DNA of 62,857 nucleotides, counting the filler, from Polymyxa betae A26-41 (lineage: Eukaryota > Protista > Endomyxa: Phytomyxea): the NCBI GenBank assembly GCA_003693705.1. It is 5 parts of 5 records of this genome, joined end to end, with 100 filler letters (N's around TTAATTAATTAA, not from the genome) between each part and the next. Parts side by side here need not be neighbours in the genome. Positions count along the whole stretch, not along the records: positions 1 to 29,620 come from RBZT01000105.1; 4 more parts are not named here. One strand, given 5' to 3'. Shown one piece after another: positions 1 to 13,460 of this stretch. The first letter of the stretch is position 1, and each line of letters starts with the position of its first letter. The notes under the pieces were generated by a model that saw nothing but the letters and a program-made list of their open reading frames with translations, made no database searches and had not been told where the DNA came from. The translations under genes were made by a program, and so were the position numbers.

Positions 1-565
1 TGGTGAATGTCTTCGACCTGAGCGCGGCTCTCGTTCGGGCGCGAGCCGCTTCTCTGCAATAAGTTTACAAAATAAACAGTTTATCAACCCTAACTATAGG
101 TTCCAGCCGAGGAAGTAGCCCGGAGGGCCATACTGGCCGCCAAGAACAGAGCGCGCCTGCGCTCTGCGTCTGATGAACGCCGCACTGCGGCCGAACACAG
201 CCGCTCGGACGAGTTCGCTATGCGCCTGACTTCATTGGGCGCAGCCCTGTCCAAGATCGTGTCGCGGTGCTGCTCCACGTGATGGCACCTCGTTTTCCCC
301 TATCCGGCGCCCGCCACCTGCTCCTGCCACCGAGACGCTCACTTTTTGTCATAATATTTTTATTTATTTAAAAATAAAGCGATAATGACAAGTTCCTAAA
401 CCCTATACCGCCTGTACAATCAGATTCATTGAATAGTCCATATTTATATACTGATATAGACAGAATATTACAGTCATGATCTTGATACAGAGTCTAAAGC
501 TGGCTTTGTGATCTCGAGCAATCCGAGCTTCGGTTTGATCGATAGCGTTTAAGACTTTAAGGTTG

Positions 566-3500
566 CTAGAATGTGGCATCGGTTCTCAGGTTATTGTTGG
601 ATGGATTTATTGCATTTTGGGATTCATCGCCTTCAATATCGCCGGTTTTTGTGAGACAAGACGCTTGGTATTGAAAGTCATCATCGGTAGGTAATGCAGA
701 ATAATCATAAAATACACGAATAAAGAGACGGTTAAGGCAAATCAGATTATAATCGCGATGAGGTCGATTATAAGACCACATTCAATCAGCAGATCAAGGA
801 TTGGAAACGAGATCGCTATCAAAGATGAATATCGGTGCAGAAACAGGCCATCATGAGCAACGTGGAATCAAGGAAACAACCAGAGAGCCATTGATGCTGA
901 TTTGACCAGGATCTGCATCAAACTTGCAATCTTCAATCTTCTCGATGGTGACGTCGTTCAGGAAAATGCAAGCTCCCTTGAGTGGCTTCTGATCCTTCCT
1001 CCAGATGCGATGCGCAACGCGAACGGCGTGTCCATGAACAGACCGAATAGCTCCACCCGTGACGTGGACCATTCCGTCAGGATTTGTCACGATCCCATGA
1101 TCAGAGATGTTTTCAATTGTGCAATTTTCGATACGTCCCGACGCTTCTGTATCTCGATATCAGAAATTGCAGAATGAAAGTTAGAAAGATAAAAGGTAAG
1201 CGAAATAATAGATTCCAAGCTGATAAAAGAAATGATTAAACAAATCGCATAGCCGAAAACCAGAAACAAAATCTAATTCGAAGACAGATAAACAAACAAT
1301 ACCAATGTCAAAGAAAATGCCCTGAAAGACGGAACAACAAGATTTAGGATTATAGCAACCATCGAGGCGGCAACCAATCAGCTGGAAGTTTTTGATTTTT
1401 CTGCATTAAGTTAGTTTTCGACAGAAGACGAGCCATGAAGCAGACTAACGGGTCGGTGTCGATTATAGCAGGATAGCATTTGGATTGCGATCCGCTTTTC
1501 TTGAGTGTGATACCCTTGACGACGACATTGTCGCCACGAATTCCCAGGGTCGGAAAACTAACGGTTCCAGCAATAACCACCTTAAAACAGCAAGTCAACC
1601 AAGCGTGAATCGAGCTTTACAAGGTACATACGATATCGTCAACCGACACTTGATCGGCAGCACGCAATGTCACGCCAGCAGGTAGATCAATGAGACGTTT
1701 TTCCTTGTACACACCAGCAGATAAAACAATCTCGTCGCCCGATTTTGCAGCCTATTTCACCAAGTTTAACGAAGCTTGCATAAGAAGCAAGAAACAAAAA
1801 GAAAATAACATCACAATCTTTATAACTTTGAAATAAATATTCAAAAAACAATGAAACCAGAGGCTGTAAAAGGGAATCTCGTGTTGGTAGCAAAACAAAA
1901 AAGCTGAAACGAAAAATCAGAAAGCCAACCAAGGAAAAAAAGTGACTCAAAAACAAGCGGAATAGCAAGAACGCAGGATCCAAATTTAAAGAATTCATAC
2001 TGTAAAAGAAAAGCCAGCTTCAGATAAAAGCAATCTGATACTTGTAGCAAATAGAGCTCAGAGCATAACAAAAAATAAAAGGAAAATGATTACAAAATAA
2101 GCGGCTCAACGAAGTTACCTTTGCAGCGATGGCGACGCTATTATAGGCAACTCCAGGAAGTTCTTCACAGTCGAGAGACACACGAAGGACACGACTGGTG
2201 AACGATTGTGGTCTGGGCCGCTTGCCGGTCGATGAACGGGACAGCGATGAGGGCAGCGACAGCTTTTTATCAGTATTATCTGACGCAGATGAGCGCGATG
2301 ATTCGCCTGGAGTTCGATGGGATCTAAACGATTTCCTCGTAGTACTTTCTGAAGCCGATGATGGAGATGGAGTGCGCCGAATTTGTTGAGGTTTCTTAGC
2401 ATCTGAAGGTGACGACCGCGATGATTTGCCATCCCGAGGCGATGGTTTTCGAATCTCAGAAGGCGTCGACCGCGATGCTTTGCCAGTATCCGAATGCGAA
2501 GATACCGCTGGTTTGCTTGGAGTGCGCTCGGCTTGCGAGGTAGAAGGGCGGTTTTGGTCGTTCATAGGGGATTCTTTCAGAGTGCGTTTCACCCTTTCAG
2601 TGACAATCGAAGTGACTGTATGAGGAGAAATGCCATTAGCACCTTGTAAGAATCGCGAATCTGAGAAATTGGAAGATAATCGTCGAACTTTCGGCAATTG
2701 TTCTTGATCATTGATGAGTTCTTCGGCATTTCTCAAATCAGCTTTACTTTGCCGATTGTATTGATCGAATTCAGAGTGCGAATCATCCAACGATGGAATT
2801 TCGGTAGCACGATGAGTCGCCGGAAATCGAGCTGGTGCTGTTGAAGAAGAGCTCTTAGCTTTGATAGCAGCGTCGAGACCATCATCACGTAGGTTTTGGG
2901 AATCGTCAACCATTGAACCCGGCGAGGGAAGTTCAGCAGAAGGACGCCTTTGCTGAAGAGCAGGTGCACCAGGCTGGCTGTCCGATACCTGACTATGCTT
3001 GACAATGGGGTTAGCAGAGCCGCCTAGACTTTGACGACGCTTGTTAACAAGGTGTGCGGGAGCTTTAGCGAAAAATCTTTGCTTCGATGGAGTTGACTTC
3101 GATTTCGATTCGGACGCAGCTTCAGATTTTTCGACGGGAGATGGCGCCGTTGCAGGAACACCGATTGGATTCTTCTCCGACTCCGGTGACGAAATGGGGC
3201 GAATTGAAGTGGAAGGAATGGAAAATGGGCGACTAGTCGGAGCAGGCAAAGGCGCACAATAGGGAACAGAAGACGATGAGCCGTCGTTTGAAGCGGGAGT
3301 CGTGGTAGGAATGTCATTGCCTTGGTGGAGGCGTTGGTTGGTCTTGAATGAATTGTCAGACTTGTGAAAAGAGGCACGCCGGTCTCCAGCTTCAGAATCC
3401 TTTGATTTTGATACATCGAATGAAGATGGTCCCAATGAATAAGCTTCAGCAGCTGCTCTAGCAGGACTGCCGAAATGAGTGGATCCGTTATTTGAACAGA

Positions 3501-4745
3501 CATTTGAGAGCTCTGAAGGCTTGTCACCAGAGGTAACCCGCTCGTTTTGGGTTGTTGCGGACAGCTTTGGAGGAGCGAAACTGTCGGAGTCTGAATTTTG
3601 AGCAAAGGACGGCTCAGCATGATCATTGATGGATTGTTCCTTGGATCCAGCTAGAGATGCCTCCAAAGGCGTGGCATCCAACTCATGTCGGTCGTCACTC
3701 AGGTCGATAACGGGTAGATCATTGATGGCATAGAACCGATCGGATTCGTCACTAAAAGCAGAGGCCGGAGATGCTTCAGCGCAAGGAAGATCCATCTCTG
3801 CGTTCGTGGGAGCCGACGCATCAAAGTCAACGATGAACTTAAAGCAGTTCCATTTCTTCACAGCACACGCCATAGTTACGTCGAAATCCTGGACCCGAAG
3901 AAGCTGAGAGATGGGACTGTAGGGTTCGTGGAAGGCGCTCGGGTCCAGATAGACTGAGCACGGGTCGGTGCGACCCTTACAAAGGGCATCGAGAAGGCGA
4001 GCATGGCCGTTGACTAATGTCAGCTCTGTAGAGACAACAGACCCGTTGTTGCAATGGCGTATTTGAACATAAAAGCGAATGGAAGCTAATTGTTGAATAC
4101 CTATCGGGAAGGTTAATAAAGCAATGCGAAAGCAATAAATACGTCAAATCAAAACAAAAGATCTGAAAAGCGATCTGAATCTTGGTTGATGATAACTTCC
4201 GATAGAACAATTGACTTAAAAGAGCTAGAAATGCAGAATGTTAGTAAACCTGTAAGCTGAAAACAGGGCTGCAAAGAAACTTCATGAAACATTGGTGGAA
4301 TCGGAAAATCATAAACCTTGAGAAAGCCATAATAGCAATTGAAGGAATTAAGAACCCTAAAACACCAAATTTTGAAAGTTGAGTACAGGGAGAGAAGAAA
4401 CACAATGAACAAAATATCGTGAAGCAATGGCACGAAATGACAATTTCGCCAAATAAACACACAACAGAACATTCCGATATCCATTCAACTTTAGGTATAT
4501 AAAAAATAGTAGAAAAACTGGAAAGAAAAAAGTGAACAAAGACAGTAAAATGACACACCGTTAGGGGGAGAAGATACGCCTAGATGGAACAACGCCGACC
4601 GTTTCCGTTTGATTCGAAGCGGTGAATCGTCAGATTCACTGGGCAGTATCAGCGAGGAGCACGGGATGGAAACGCCGGCAGCTTACATTACGGACGACGC
4701 CGACGCCGACGCCGACGCTGATGACGACGACGACGAAGAGGCCAT
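566..4745 (-). CDS. Multi-exon gene: long Ser/Pro-rich disordered region plus C-terminal right-handed beta-helix (pectin-lyase-like fold) domain; 3' end approximate
   Basis: ATG at 4745 (MASSSSSSSASAS) splices through GT-AG introns into a long exon ~4100-2118 containing the 617-aa ORF. Downstream exons encode IRGDNVVVKGITL, GRIENCTIENISDHGI, VHVTGGAIRSVHGHAVRV and IFLNDVTIEKIEDCKF, which fit PbH1-type repeats. Confidence 0.6.
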
Positions 4746-4820
4746 CGACAGAGACGAGTATTGTTCTGCCCCTAAATTGAGACCGCGCTCAGAGAGTGTG
4801 TTCGCAATTCACAACAAAAT

Positions 4821-4999
4821 GTTGCGCCAGTGTGAGATATAAGAGAATTTGACGCAATATTTGTGCGTAACGTCCGTGTTGGAGATTTTTGATCCGCAAT
4901 TCACATCAATAAGCTGCGCCAGTGTGTCATAAACGAGAAGTTCACGCAACTTTGCATTTGTGCGTAAAGTCCTTGTTGGACAAACATAGGTTTTGATCC
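4821..4999. repeat. Two diverged ~90-bp tandem copies upstream of the beta-helix gene
   Basis: TGCGCCAGTGTG...GAGAA...ACGCAA...TTTGTGCGTAA.GTCC.TGTTGGA...TTTTGATCC at ~4821 and ~4914. Confidence 0.8.
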
Positions 5000-6671
5000 T
5001 TCAGTGACTCGATTAACTTCATCTGTTGCAGTCAGCATGTTAATTTTAATCACCTGTTATAAGTAAATGAGAGTTCGAACAGTTATCAAATGCCTGTTTT
5101 AAAGAGTGGCTTGATTTACCCTGCCAGGGCCGGCCTGTCTACGACGGCCGCCAGTTAACTAATAAACGGGAGCGATCCCGACGCCTCCACCAAAGCCGGG
5201 CTGTTCGTTCTCGTCCCGTGTCAGCGGCGTCACTATCGATATCGTGGCTGGAGCCGGGTCGTGGTTGGCGCCGTCTGGAGCGATTCCGGCGTCACCGCTA
5301 TGACTCGCCGGTGGTGCTGGACCCATTCAAGCGGCCGCCAGGCAGCCCGGCTGGTCGCGGCCCCGTCGTCAGCGGCGCTCGTCGCGCCTAGGTGCCGGCT
5401 CGTGGTTGGCTGGGCCGGGAGCCGTCCACCATGGTTAGCTGACCATGCTGGGCGCATCCAAGCGATCTCCAGCTGGTCGTACTGGTCCCGATCGGTCACG
5501 ACCGCGGCAGCGGCGGATCCGAGCCCGGTTATCTCGTGCTAGAACCGCAGTCATAAAGAGCCCCCCAACGCTTTATTCGATGAAAGTTGCTGGCTGGAAT
5601 GTGGTGCCTTTTAAAAGCTACGTGCGGGAAGAATTCTGGGAATTCATTCAAATCTATTGCATTATTACTGCAAGAGCTAAAGCTGAAACATGTCGAAATC
5701 CAAAGCGTGGCCTCTCTCTAAATTCAATTTGTAAAGTGCGCCAGTGCGCAGTCTTTCTACAATAAAGCACTCTGTACAACTTTATTGCGTCCGAGCTGCC
5801 TGTGTTTAGGATCTGTTTCTCGCAATAGCTCATATATCAACTCAGGACTTGAGCCCACGCTGAATCTATTCGCTACGTGCTCTGGAAACTATTTAGGCCG
5901 TGCGTTGCGGAAATAGCGCCGGCTGCTGACTGAAAAAATTAAGAGAGCTGGAAGTGGCATTTGCTGTTGTGGTTGCAGATTTTGCAAATGTCTGCAAATG
6001 TTCTTGTAACAACATTATAGTGCTGCTGGATTGTTGAGAGAAGCAGATGTCATGGGTTTTGGTGGCTGCGAAGAGGTCGCCATTGCATTTGGAAACATTA
6101 TCATCAGACAGGCTCCTCTTAGAGCTGTATTTTGTCTGACATTCACCAATGGATATATAACGCTTTAGAAACAGTCAGTTCAGTAAAGGAAAGATTTTGC
6201 ATTACTGGATGGAACAGCAGATACACGAAAATTACGGCGATTCCGATATTGTTCCAGAGCCACATAATCGATTGTGACTATTATTAGTAATTAGTGCACA
6301 TAAGTCGATATCGTAATGGAATGTTACCGCTTAAATAATTTTCTGCTTGAGTTGAACATTGACCTATAAAGTTATCAATATGAGCTGTGAATACAGGATT
6401 GGATGAAACAGTCCGTCTGGCAATATGAAGTGGTCATGAAGACCATTTTCACCGCCGAATAAGTAGAAGAGATGCAGACAGGTCGCTCAACCATGCGAGA
6501 AGCAACCTTGGCCATGAATCAGAAGCAACTCGACCTCTTGAATGCGCAGATTTCTACACAATTTCGTCTCAGAATTCGTGGCCTTGAAAAACTCCGTGCG
6601 CTACTTTGAATATCCGTAGCGATTTACAGCGGAGATATATTGAAGGATATCGGATGTATGACGCGATGAGC

Positions 6672-7010
6672 TCAGACCATGGACGAGGACACCGTGAGGC
6701 GCCGTTTCAGACGCCAGTAACATAAAGCTAGGGCAGCGACGACCACGATACCACCCACAATCAAAACTGGGACAATGACACCGTTACCTGGGCGTACCGT
6801 CAGATTAATGTTACGCCCAAGTGCCCGAAACACTCCGAAAATTGAAGCGGACAATGGCGGACATCAACATTTGTTACCTGATTGTTCTATAGAATTGGAA
6901 CTTCGCTCTTCAACTGTCGTCTGGTCACCCTCGACGTTGACCTCGGATGGCTTCGGACTCGCCTCCTCCGTTCTTTCATCGTCATGCGATGAGTTCATAG
7001 AAGACTGCCA
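6672..7010 (-). pseudogene. 3' fragment of a gene for a C-terminally membrane-anchored protein
   Basis: Acidic/Ser linker, then the TM segment PVLIVGGIVVVAALALCYW and basic tail RLKRR; no intact 5' end. Confidence 0.35.
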
Positions 7011-7131
7011 GCGCGCATTCCGTCAATAGTTGAGACGATCACAGGAAAACTCCGACACAGAGTAAACCGAACATGAGAAGGGAATCCAATTTCCAAAAAA
7101 AAATAAATAATATAAAAATAAACGAAACGCA

Positions 7132-7800
7132 TTACGATTGCCAAAGTGGTGATCGTTGTGACTGTAGCCAGTCGGCTTCAGTCGGGCCAGTATGGCCCGC
7201 GCCTGGGCCCCGGACGCGGGCGCCCTCATCCGCTGGTCCCTCAATGGTCAACTCGTGCAGATTGCGGCCCCGAATTCGCTCCATGACCAGGTACGACGAT
7301 CCGTTATGATACAACGCGTCCAGGAGCGGGACGAGTCCGGGAATCGCGGGGTCCGCAGCGCCGTGGCAGAACCGCGACATGAACTCAAGGTCGGCGAAAG
7401 GAACGATTCAGATCCCCGAAATCGATTATTTGGTAAGAGGCGCAACAAACACCTTTTCAGAGCAAATCTCGATTCCGAACAACAAATGGAGATCAAACAG
7501 CAAACGAATGAAGAATGGAAACCCTAAACCCTCACCGACCTTATTTTTCCAGGATCTCATATTCATCATCTACGTCCGAGACTTCACGGACTTGGATAGG
7601 AGTGACGGAATTCGAACCATCTTTCAGAGGTTTGTTCTGGACGAGTATGTCCGGGATCCGATCGCGGAGTCATTCATAAAGCCGCGGACATTGATGTTTG
7701 GCCCGGTCGATTAGATCAGCGAACCCAGCGGCGATCTTGCCGGCGGCGAGCTGCTCGGAGTCGTCGACATTGACACCACAGCATGCCGTCAGGACGGTTT
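7132..7800 (-). pseudogene. Degenerate CAMK-type Ser/Thr kinase fragment
   Basis: DVDDEYEILEK at the kinase start, followed by a stop and a telobox-containing intron; subdomain IV-V-like PGLVPLLDALYHNGSSYLVMERIRGRNLHEL; stops and frameshifts, no C-lobe. Confidence 0.6.
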
Positions 7801-8490
7801 TTGCACGGGTCGAGGCGCGCTCCGTAGAATCCGAACAAATTCTAAGTTAGGGCCGCCCTTGGACACGCACCTATTAATATGCAGCTCGGCGTTCAGAAAC
7901 TCCCATTGCAACACCTCGAGGAGGACAATAATTTATATAGGTAATTTCAGTCGCTAAATCTTTCTTGTCTCAATATTTCTTTCGCCTTAAAGCAAAACCA
8001 AATTTTGTCATATTCTCTAATAATAAAATCAGCGTCGTTTTGTATTCTGTATTGATAAGCTATTATCCATTCATTAAATTGTCATTATCTCTATGGTTTC
8101 ATAATCTCGTTCGGCTGTATCAGGAAATCTGCCGATCATGGGAGAGCGGGATATTTCCACGTCGCAGGAAGTCCTTTGACAGGGAGATCGGCTCCATCAG
8201 AAACAGGAGAACTCGATTTCCATTCCAGCAAATTGGTTTTCCAATCTCATGAGTCAACATCCGCTGCTACTCTTCTCATCATTTCCTGTTATCGATCCTT
8301 CTCTGATTTCTGCGTCGATATCCAAATAGTCTGGTTCATTGTGTTGCCCTGAAGAGGAAGTTTGAAGATTTTGGTGATGATCGCCTGCCATAAAGGCACG
8401 CACCAATCGACCTTTCTAGACCGAAATCTCTCCGCTCTTATCCATGGTTCAGCAAGTTCATAAACTTGAAAGATGTTCGAAATCTGATCC

Positions 8491-8560
8491 AAGCCATAAA
8501 CTTGATGCTCTGTATCAAGTTTAAGCCATAAACTTGATGCTCTGTATCAAGTTTATGGCT
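8491..8560. repeat. Exact 32-bp tandem duplication; the second copy forms a perfect 15-bp-arm hairpin
   Basis: AAGCCATAAACTTGATGCTCTGTATCAAGTTT x2 (8491-8522, 8523-8554); AGCCATAAACTTGAT/ATCAAGTTTATGGCT (8524-8560). Confidence 0.95.
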
Positions 8561-11320
8561 GGGAAATTCGGTCTAATCAGAATCTACTAGAAAGATGGAT
8601 TATTCAACGGAAATTTTTATTCATCAGCGCCATAATCCTTCCAAAATACAGTAATCTCTTGTCTAAAACATTCGCGTTCCTGATAGTTTCAATATGAGGC
8701 GGAATTGACGGTTTTCTATTCAAGTCGAGGAAATCGAAATCTACCAACAGTTTTGCTGTAGATCTGAGACAATCATGCCATGGCTTCCTCTCATTTGGCC
8801 TAGAAATGGTCAACGCTCTGTGCAGCGCAAGTTTCATGTTTGGAATCTTCGAAAAATGGTCTAACCCTAAACCCTCAAAAAGCCTGTCAAAACCCTAATG
8901 CCCGAACTCACAGCATTCGACGCCAGTTTCATTCCACGCATTGACTCCATTTTTTTGCAGCTGGTAGACGGAGTGCATCGCATTTCCAATGGGAGTAAAT
9001 TCCAGCAGTATAAATTGGGAATTAAAAAAAATAATACAAAAAAAAACGCCAAGTCTGCTGGTTAGCTTTAGGAAATTCTCAGTAGCGAGAAAATATTTCA
9101 ACACTTCCCGCTCATCGAAAGAAATCTACTTGGCAGCACTTTGCCTATAAAAAAACGCATTTAAAGGCGAATTTGTTAGATGTTGCTAGTTTTGAATTCT
9201 GTGCATGAAAAAAATAAACTGTAAAGGGCTGTTTGCAGAATTTCCACTTCAGATGAGACTGGAACTGTTTGGAAAAACGTCCTGTAACCGGTATGCTTGA
9301 AGACTGATTAACAACAAGCTCTCCTATTTCCTAGAAACGTGAGATTCGTAATGAGACAGAAAACGCTGATTTCAAACTAGTACAACTAGACTTCTGGGAA
9401 AAACAATTCACTGATCTCCATCAAATACAAAAATTTCTCCTTTTAACCGCAAAGTCAGACTTCGGTAGTGAATTTGCTTTTCAGAAGCAAAGCGCTGTTA
9501 CTAAGGCGTAATCCAAACCGCAAGAACTGTCAAGATTTCGAAATCCGAAAACCGCAAAAAAGTGCTGGAAATAGGGTACGACGCGCTGGGTAATATCTAA
9601 CAAGCTTTTGACACAGTCCTGATTGTTGTTTTTTTTTTTCAAAAGGACGGAAGTCAAGGATTCAGAAAACATTCGCAGATTAACGGAAAAGGTCATAATA
9701 TAGGGCTGCATAAAGATGAATTTGACATTGACGTCAGTGGAAGATCAGCGTATTGAAAACGACGCAATCAATATGCAGCTTTGCAAATGACGAACTGCTA
9801 ATTAGGCCATACTAACTAAACAATTCACTCTCAAGGGTTTGTAGACAGAAATGGGCTGCGCCGCCTGACAATCGTGTCATGTTTTCAGGAAAAAACATCT
9901 GCGCAATGTAACATTACAGTGCGGCTATCAAGATGTCTTTTGATAACGTCTTGGCTCTTACTATAATGGTAGGTCTATGCTCAGATAATTGGTCAACAGT
10001 TAACTGCTCTCAGAGGCCGTTGGATCAGGCAACGCCTTCATAAACGTTGCCGTGGAAGGGTGAAATTCCGGTGTCTCTGAATGTTCAGAGACCTCTGAGT
10101 ATCCAGTGAAGCTGTCAAGACTTCGATCTCAGAGCCCTCTGTGATGGGAAAGATCACCGCCCTGGTGTATAATCACCTAAACGGAATCCAATCCAATCCA
10201 TACATTACATTATTATAGTTGATGATGATGATCGATTCATTCGTTATGATGGTTAATGAGACACTCCATTCATTTCGATGTTTCGTCTTATGTAGCTCAT
10301 ATTGGACGAGACCAGATTATGACACCCGCGATTTTTAAACATTTTGCAGGTGTGATGGCGAATTCATAGGAAGATGATAACAAATTGTTATGAATTCGCA
10401 TTCAATGATACATTTTTGACGATCTTTAATGTCAGGTTTAGTTCACCTCGAAACTTTTCTAGCAGTATGTGATGCAAACGGAACTTTGCCGCACGGCCCC
10501 TTCTTATGCTGTTACGGAGATCGCGACCTTGTTGGATAGTCCGAGCTTTGTGTATGATCAGGCTTCTCCAGATATCTCGAAGATTTTGTTGCGATGCTGT
10601 ATCATTAGGCTCTTTGCTGATTAACTCCGTTCTCGTTCATAATCTGACTTCACCTATACCAAAAACCGTGGTTTGAAAGAGCCTTTGCCGTTAAAAGCTT
10701 GAAACAGGTATCACGATTGCGAAAGAGAGAGAATCTGCCCTTGTCCTGAGGGACATTCGAAGCTAACTCAAATACTTGAATATGTTCTAGCTTCTACGGA
10801 TCTCTGTAACATCTTTGTTCTGCAAACATTCGTATAAAATATATAAGATAATCGAGATTTGAAATATTCCTCATACGAACAATATCGGTTCCGGAGAGTT
10901 ATATAAATCATAAGAGTATTACGTATTAGAAAATCTCCTGTAGATATGGTCATCTGACTCTCAGAAAGGGAAATGGTGATATAGAGATCCGTATAAACTC
11001 CAACCATGAATTGCTTATTAGAGAGAGAGAGAGAGAGAAGCTGGACATTCAAGGACCTAAATGCTGTGGCACAAATACAAACAAGCGTAATAGTATGATG
11101 TATGGATGTATCAGATTCCATATCGATAGAAAAACTGAGTCAATCCAAGGCAATGATTAATCAGCGATATTGATCCACAGGGACGAGCTCATGGAAACCC
11201 TAACGCGACCCCAAGGATCAATCCCCTCTGTGACAGAAACTGCGCTATTGATGTTCCTGTCTGTGGTCAATTAACAATTGCGCTCTTCGTACAAACACTC
11301 TCGTTCGAATTCCCAACACC

Positions 11321-12834
11321 ATGCACGTTCCGGTTGTCTGGATGGCCGCGGTCGTACTGGTCCTGGGGGCCGCGGCCGCCGCCTCGTCCGACCTCGCTCC
11401 GGGTCGCGACGACGTCGTACCGGCCCTGTTCGAATCGCCCAATACCCGGATCCACGAGATCGCCGAGCTGGTCCGTCTCGTTGCCGACCGGTTCCCGTCC
11501 GATCCCGAGACTCGCGCCGATGTCAAGAATGTGTCTCCGCAGCTGGTCATGGGCGTGTATCAGTTTATTATGTGGGATGATGTATTGAGCAATGACGAGA
11601 AGGCCCAACTCCTGCGCTGTATGATCGAAACCCTAGGCCTGACTTTGGTCAATGATGTGAACGAGCTCATTGCGAGACAGGCACTGGGTCGTCCCTTACC
11701 CGGACTTCCTGTCCTTGGCATCTCCGTTCCACAAGGACTCTTCCGGAACCCGTTCTTCGCGTGATCGAGGAGTACGTCAATCGCAACTTGCGTTGGCATC
11801 AACGAGGGCTTCTGGCTGAGATTCCCATCCACCTGCAATCATGGAAAGCCCGTCTTATCACGAATCCTGATCACCATGATCTCCAAAACATACTCCGCCC
11901 TCTGTACCCTTTCCAATGCCGCTATGTGCCCGGAAACGAACTCGCCGGCCATATTCTACGATCGTTTCCCAAACTATCGCATCCTCTTGCTAATTCCCGG
12001 GTCGTACTGGCTCTGCGCGAGCTCGGGATCGTGTTCCAATACGATGAGTATTTTCAGAATGTCCAGATTTCGCCCAAATCCATTCCGGAGATCGTCCCTC
12101 TGCTAACTTTATTCAGCTTTGAGCACGTTTTGCGGTTCATAGGCACGCTGGTCGTGGCCGAATCCGACAACGACTATCAACAGACCGATTACGGGCGTGC
12201 TGGCCCGGACCAGGCTCTGCAATGGCTGCGGATTCCGTTTATTCAGCGACAAATCCTCTCGGATCCGGCAAAGTTCCTCGATTACGCCGGCAGCGTGTTT
12301 TGTAGTTCCCAGAGCACGGCATTTCTCCGGGGTCTGGCCCAACTTCCGTTCATGCCCGAGATCATCAATGTCTCCTATTGGAGAAATGGCCTTCATCAGA
12401 CGCTGCTGAAGGATGTTGTTACCCAAAACTTGTAAGATATCGCGCAGATTCTGATGCGAATTCCGAATGCGTCTCTGTTCGTGAACCCCCCGGGCGAGGG
12501 GTCCTTCTTCGATTTCATTCTTCAAACAAGACTAATTTTTGACCGCTCTCAAAAGCAGATTATCGACTTCCTAATGTGCTCGGAATTCATCAAACTGATG
12601 CTCTCGAACACCCCAGAACTGAAAAGGGTTAAACTGAAAAACTCGCTTCAGTCTCTTATCGATGGGAGGTATGTGAAACAGATCCGTTTTCTGATTCAAC
12701 ATCCTCTCTATTGGAAGGTCCCAGAAGATGTTCGACCTGAACTCATTCAATATTCAAAGATACATTGTAATGACATCTATGATATATTATGCTCTGCCAA
12801 AGAGCCAGTTCCATCAGTTTCACACGAAACCTGA
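11321..12834 (+). pseudogene. Intronless secreted effector-like gene with a degenerate ankyrin-like segment, broken by a frameshift and an in-frame TAA
   Basis: Signal peptide MHVPVVWMAAVVLVLGAAAAA; frame change near 11700-11760; ORFs 11761-12435 and 12454-12834 share a frame across TAA 12433-12435 (GLHQTLLKDVVTQNL*DIAQILMR). Confidence 0.6.
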
Positions 12835-13460
12835 AATGTTTCAAGATTGTTTTCAATAAAATCCTTCATCTCAGATTTGTGTATTGCTTTGTTTGCTCTC
12901 CATTTCTAGACGATTTCCTCTCACAAATGCTCACGCCTATTTTAATTAACTTGTCGCTTTCTGTCTCCCAATTGAGATTTTGATACAATTTACTACATCT
13001 TTCCGTCCATATCCAGGTTCGGCAAGCTCATAAACTTGAAAGATGTTGGAAATCTGATTCGTGAGATGGCACTGTGTAATATTAAATATCAATGGCGGAT
13101 TAGTTTCTGCAAATACTGGAATCTTCAGTCTATCTTTCCCAAGATATCAATAAACCTTTTTCTGCAACAAAGAGAGAATTTCGAATAAAAAATCGAAGAG
13201 CCAATATGAGCAATACAGGCTTGTGTGAAGCCGAATTAGGGAGTGTCACGTTCTGTGACTCGTTCAGTGGAAGGATACGGTGGTGCAGCCCCCCGTACAG
13301 ATTGGTCCAACGACTACACTGATACTGAATAACTCCTATACCGGTACCTAAGTGACAGAATCGAGTTCTGGAAACCGCGCAGAAAGTAAAACTCTCAGTG
13401 TTGACGCACTTTTTCATCTCTCTCTATTCAACCTCTGTGTCCATCAACCCTAAGCACACA

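Noticed and set aside
782-853. In-frame TGA codons suggesting Sec/Trp readthrough
   Set aside because: Explained by a GT-AG intron and a frame change
4609-4842. Acidic plus-strand ORF and many other short ORFs
   Set aside because: Antisense shadows of real exons or T-rich intron read-through
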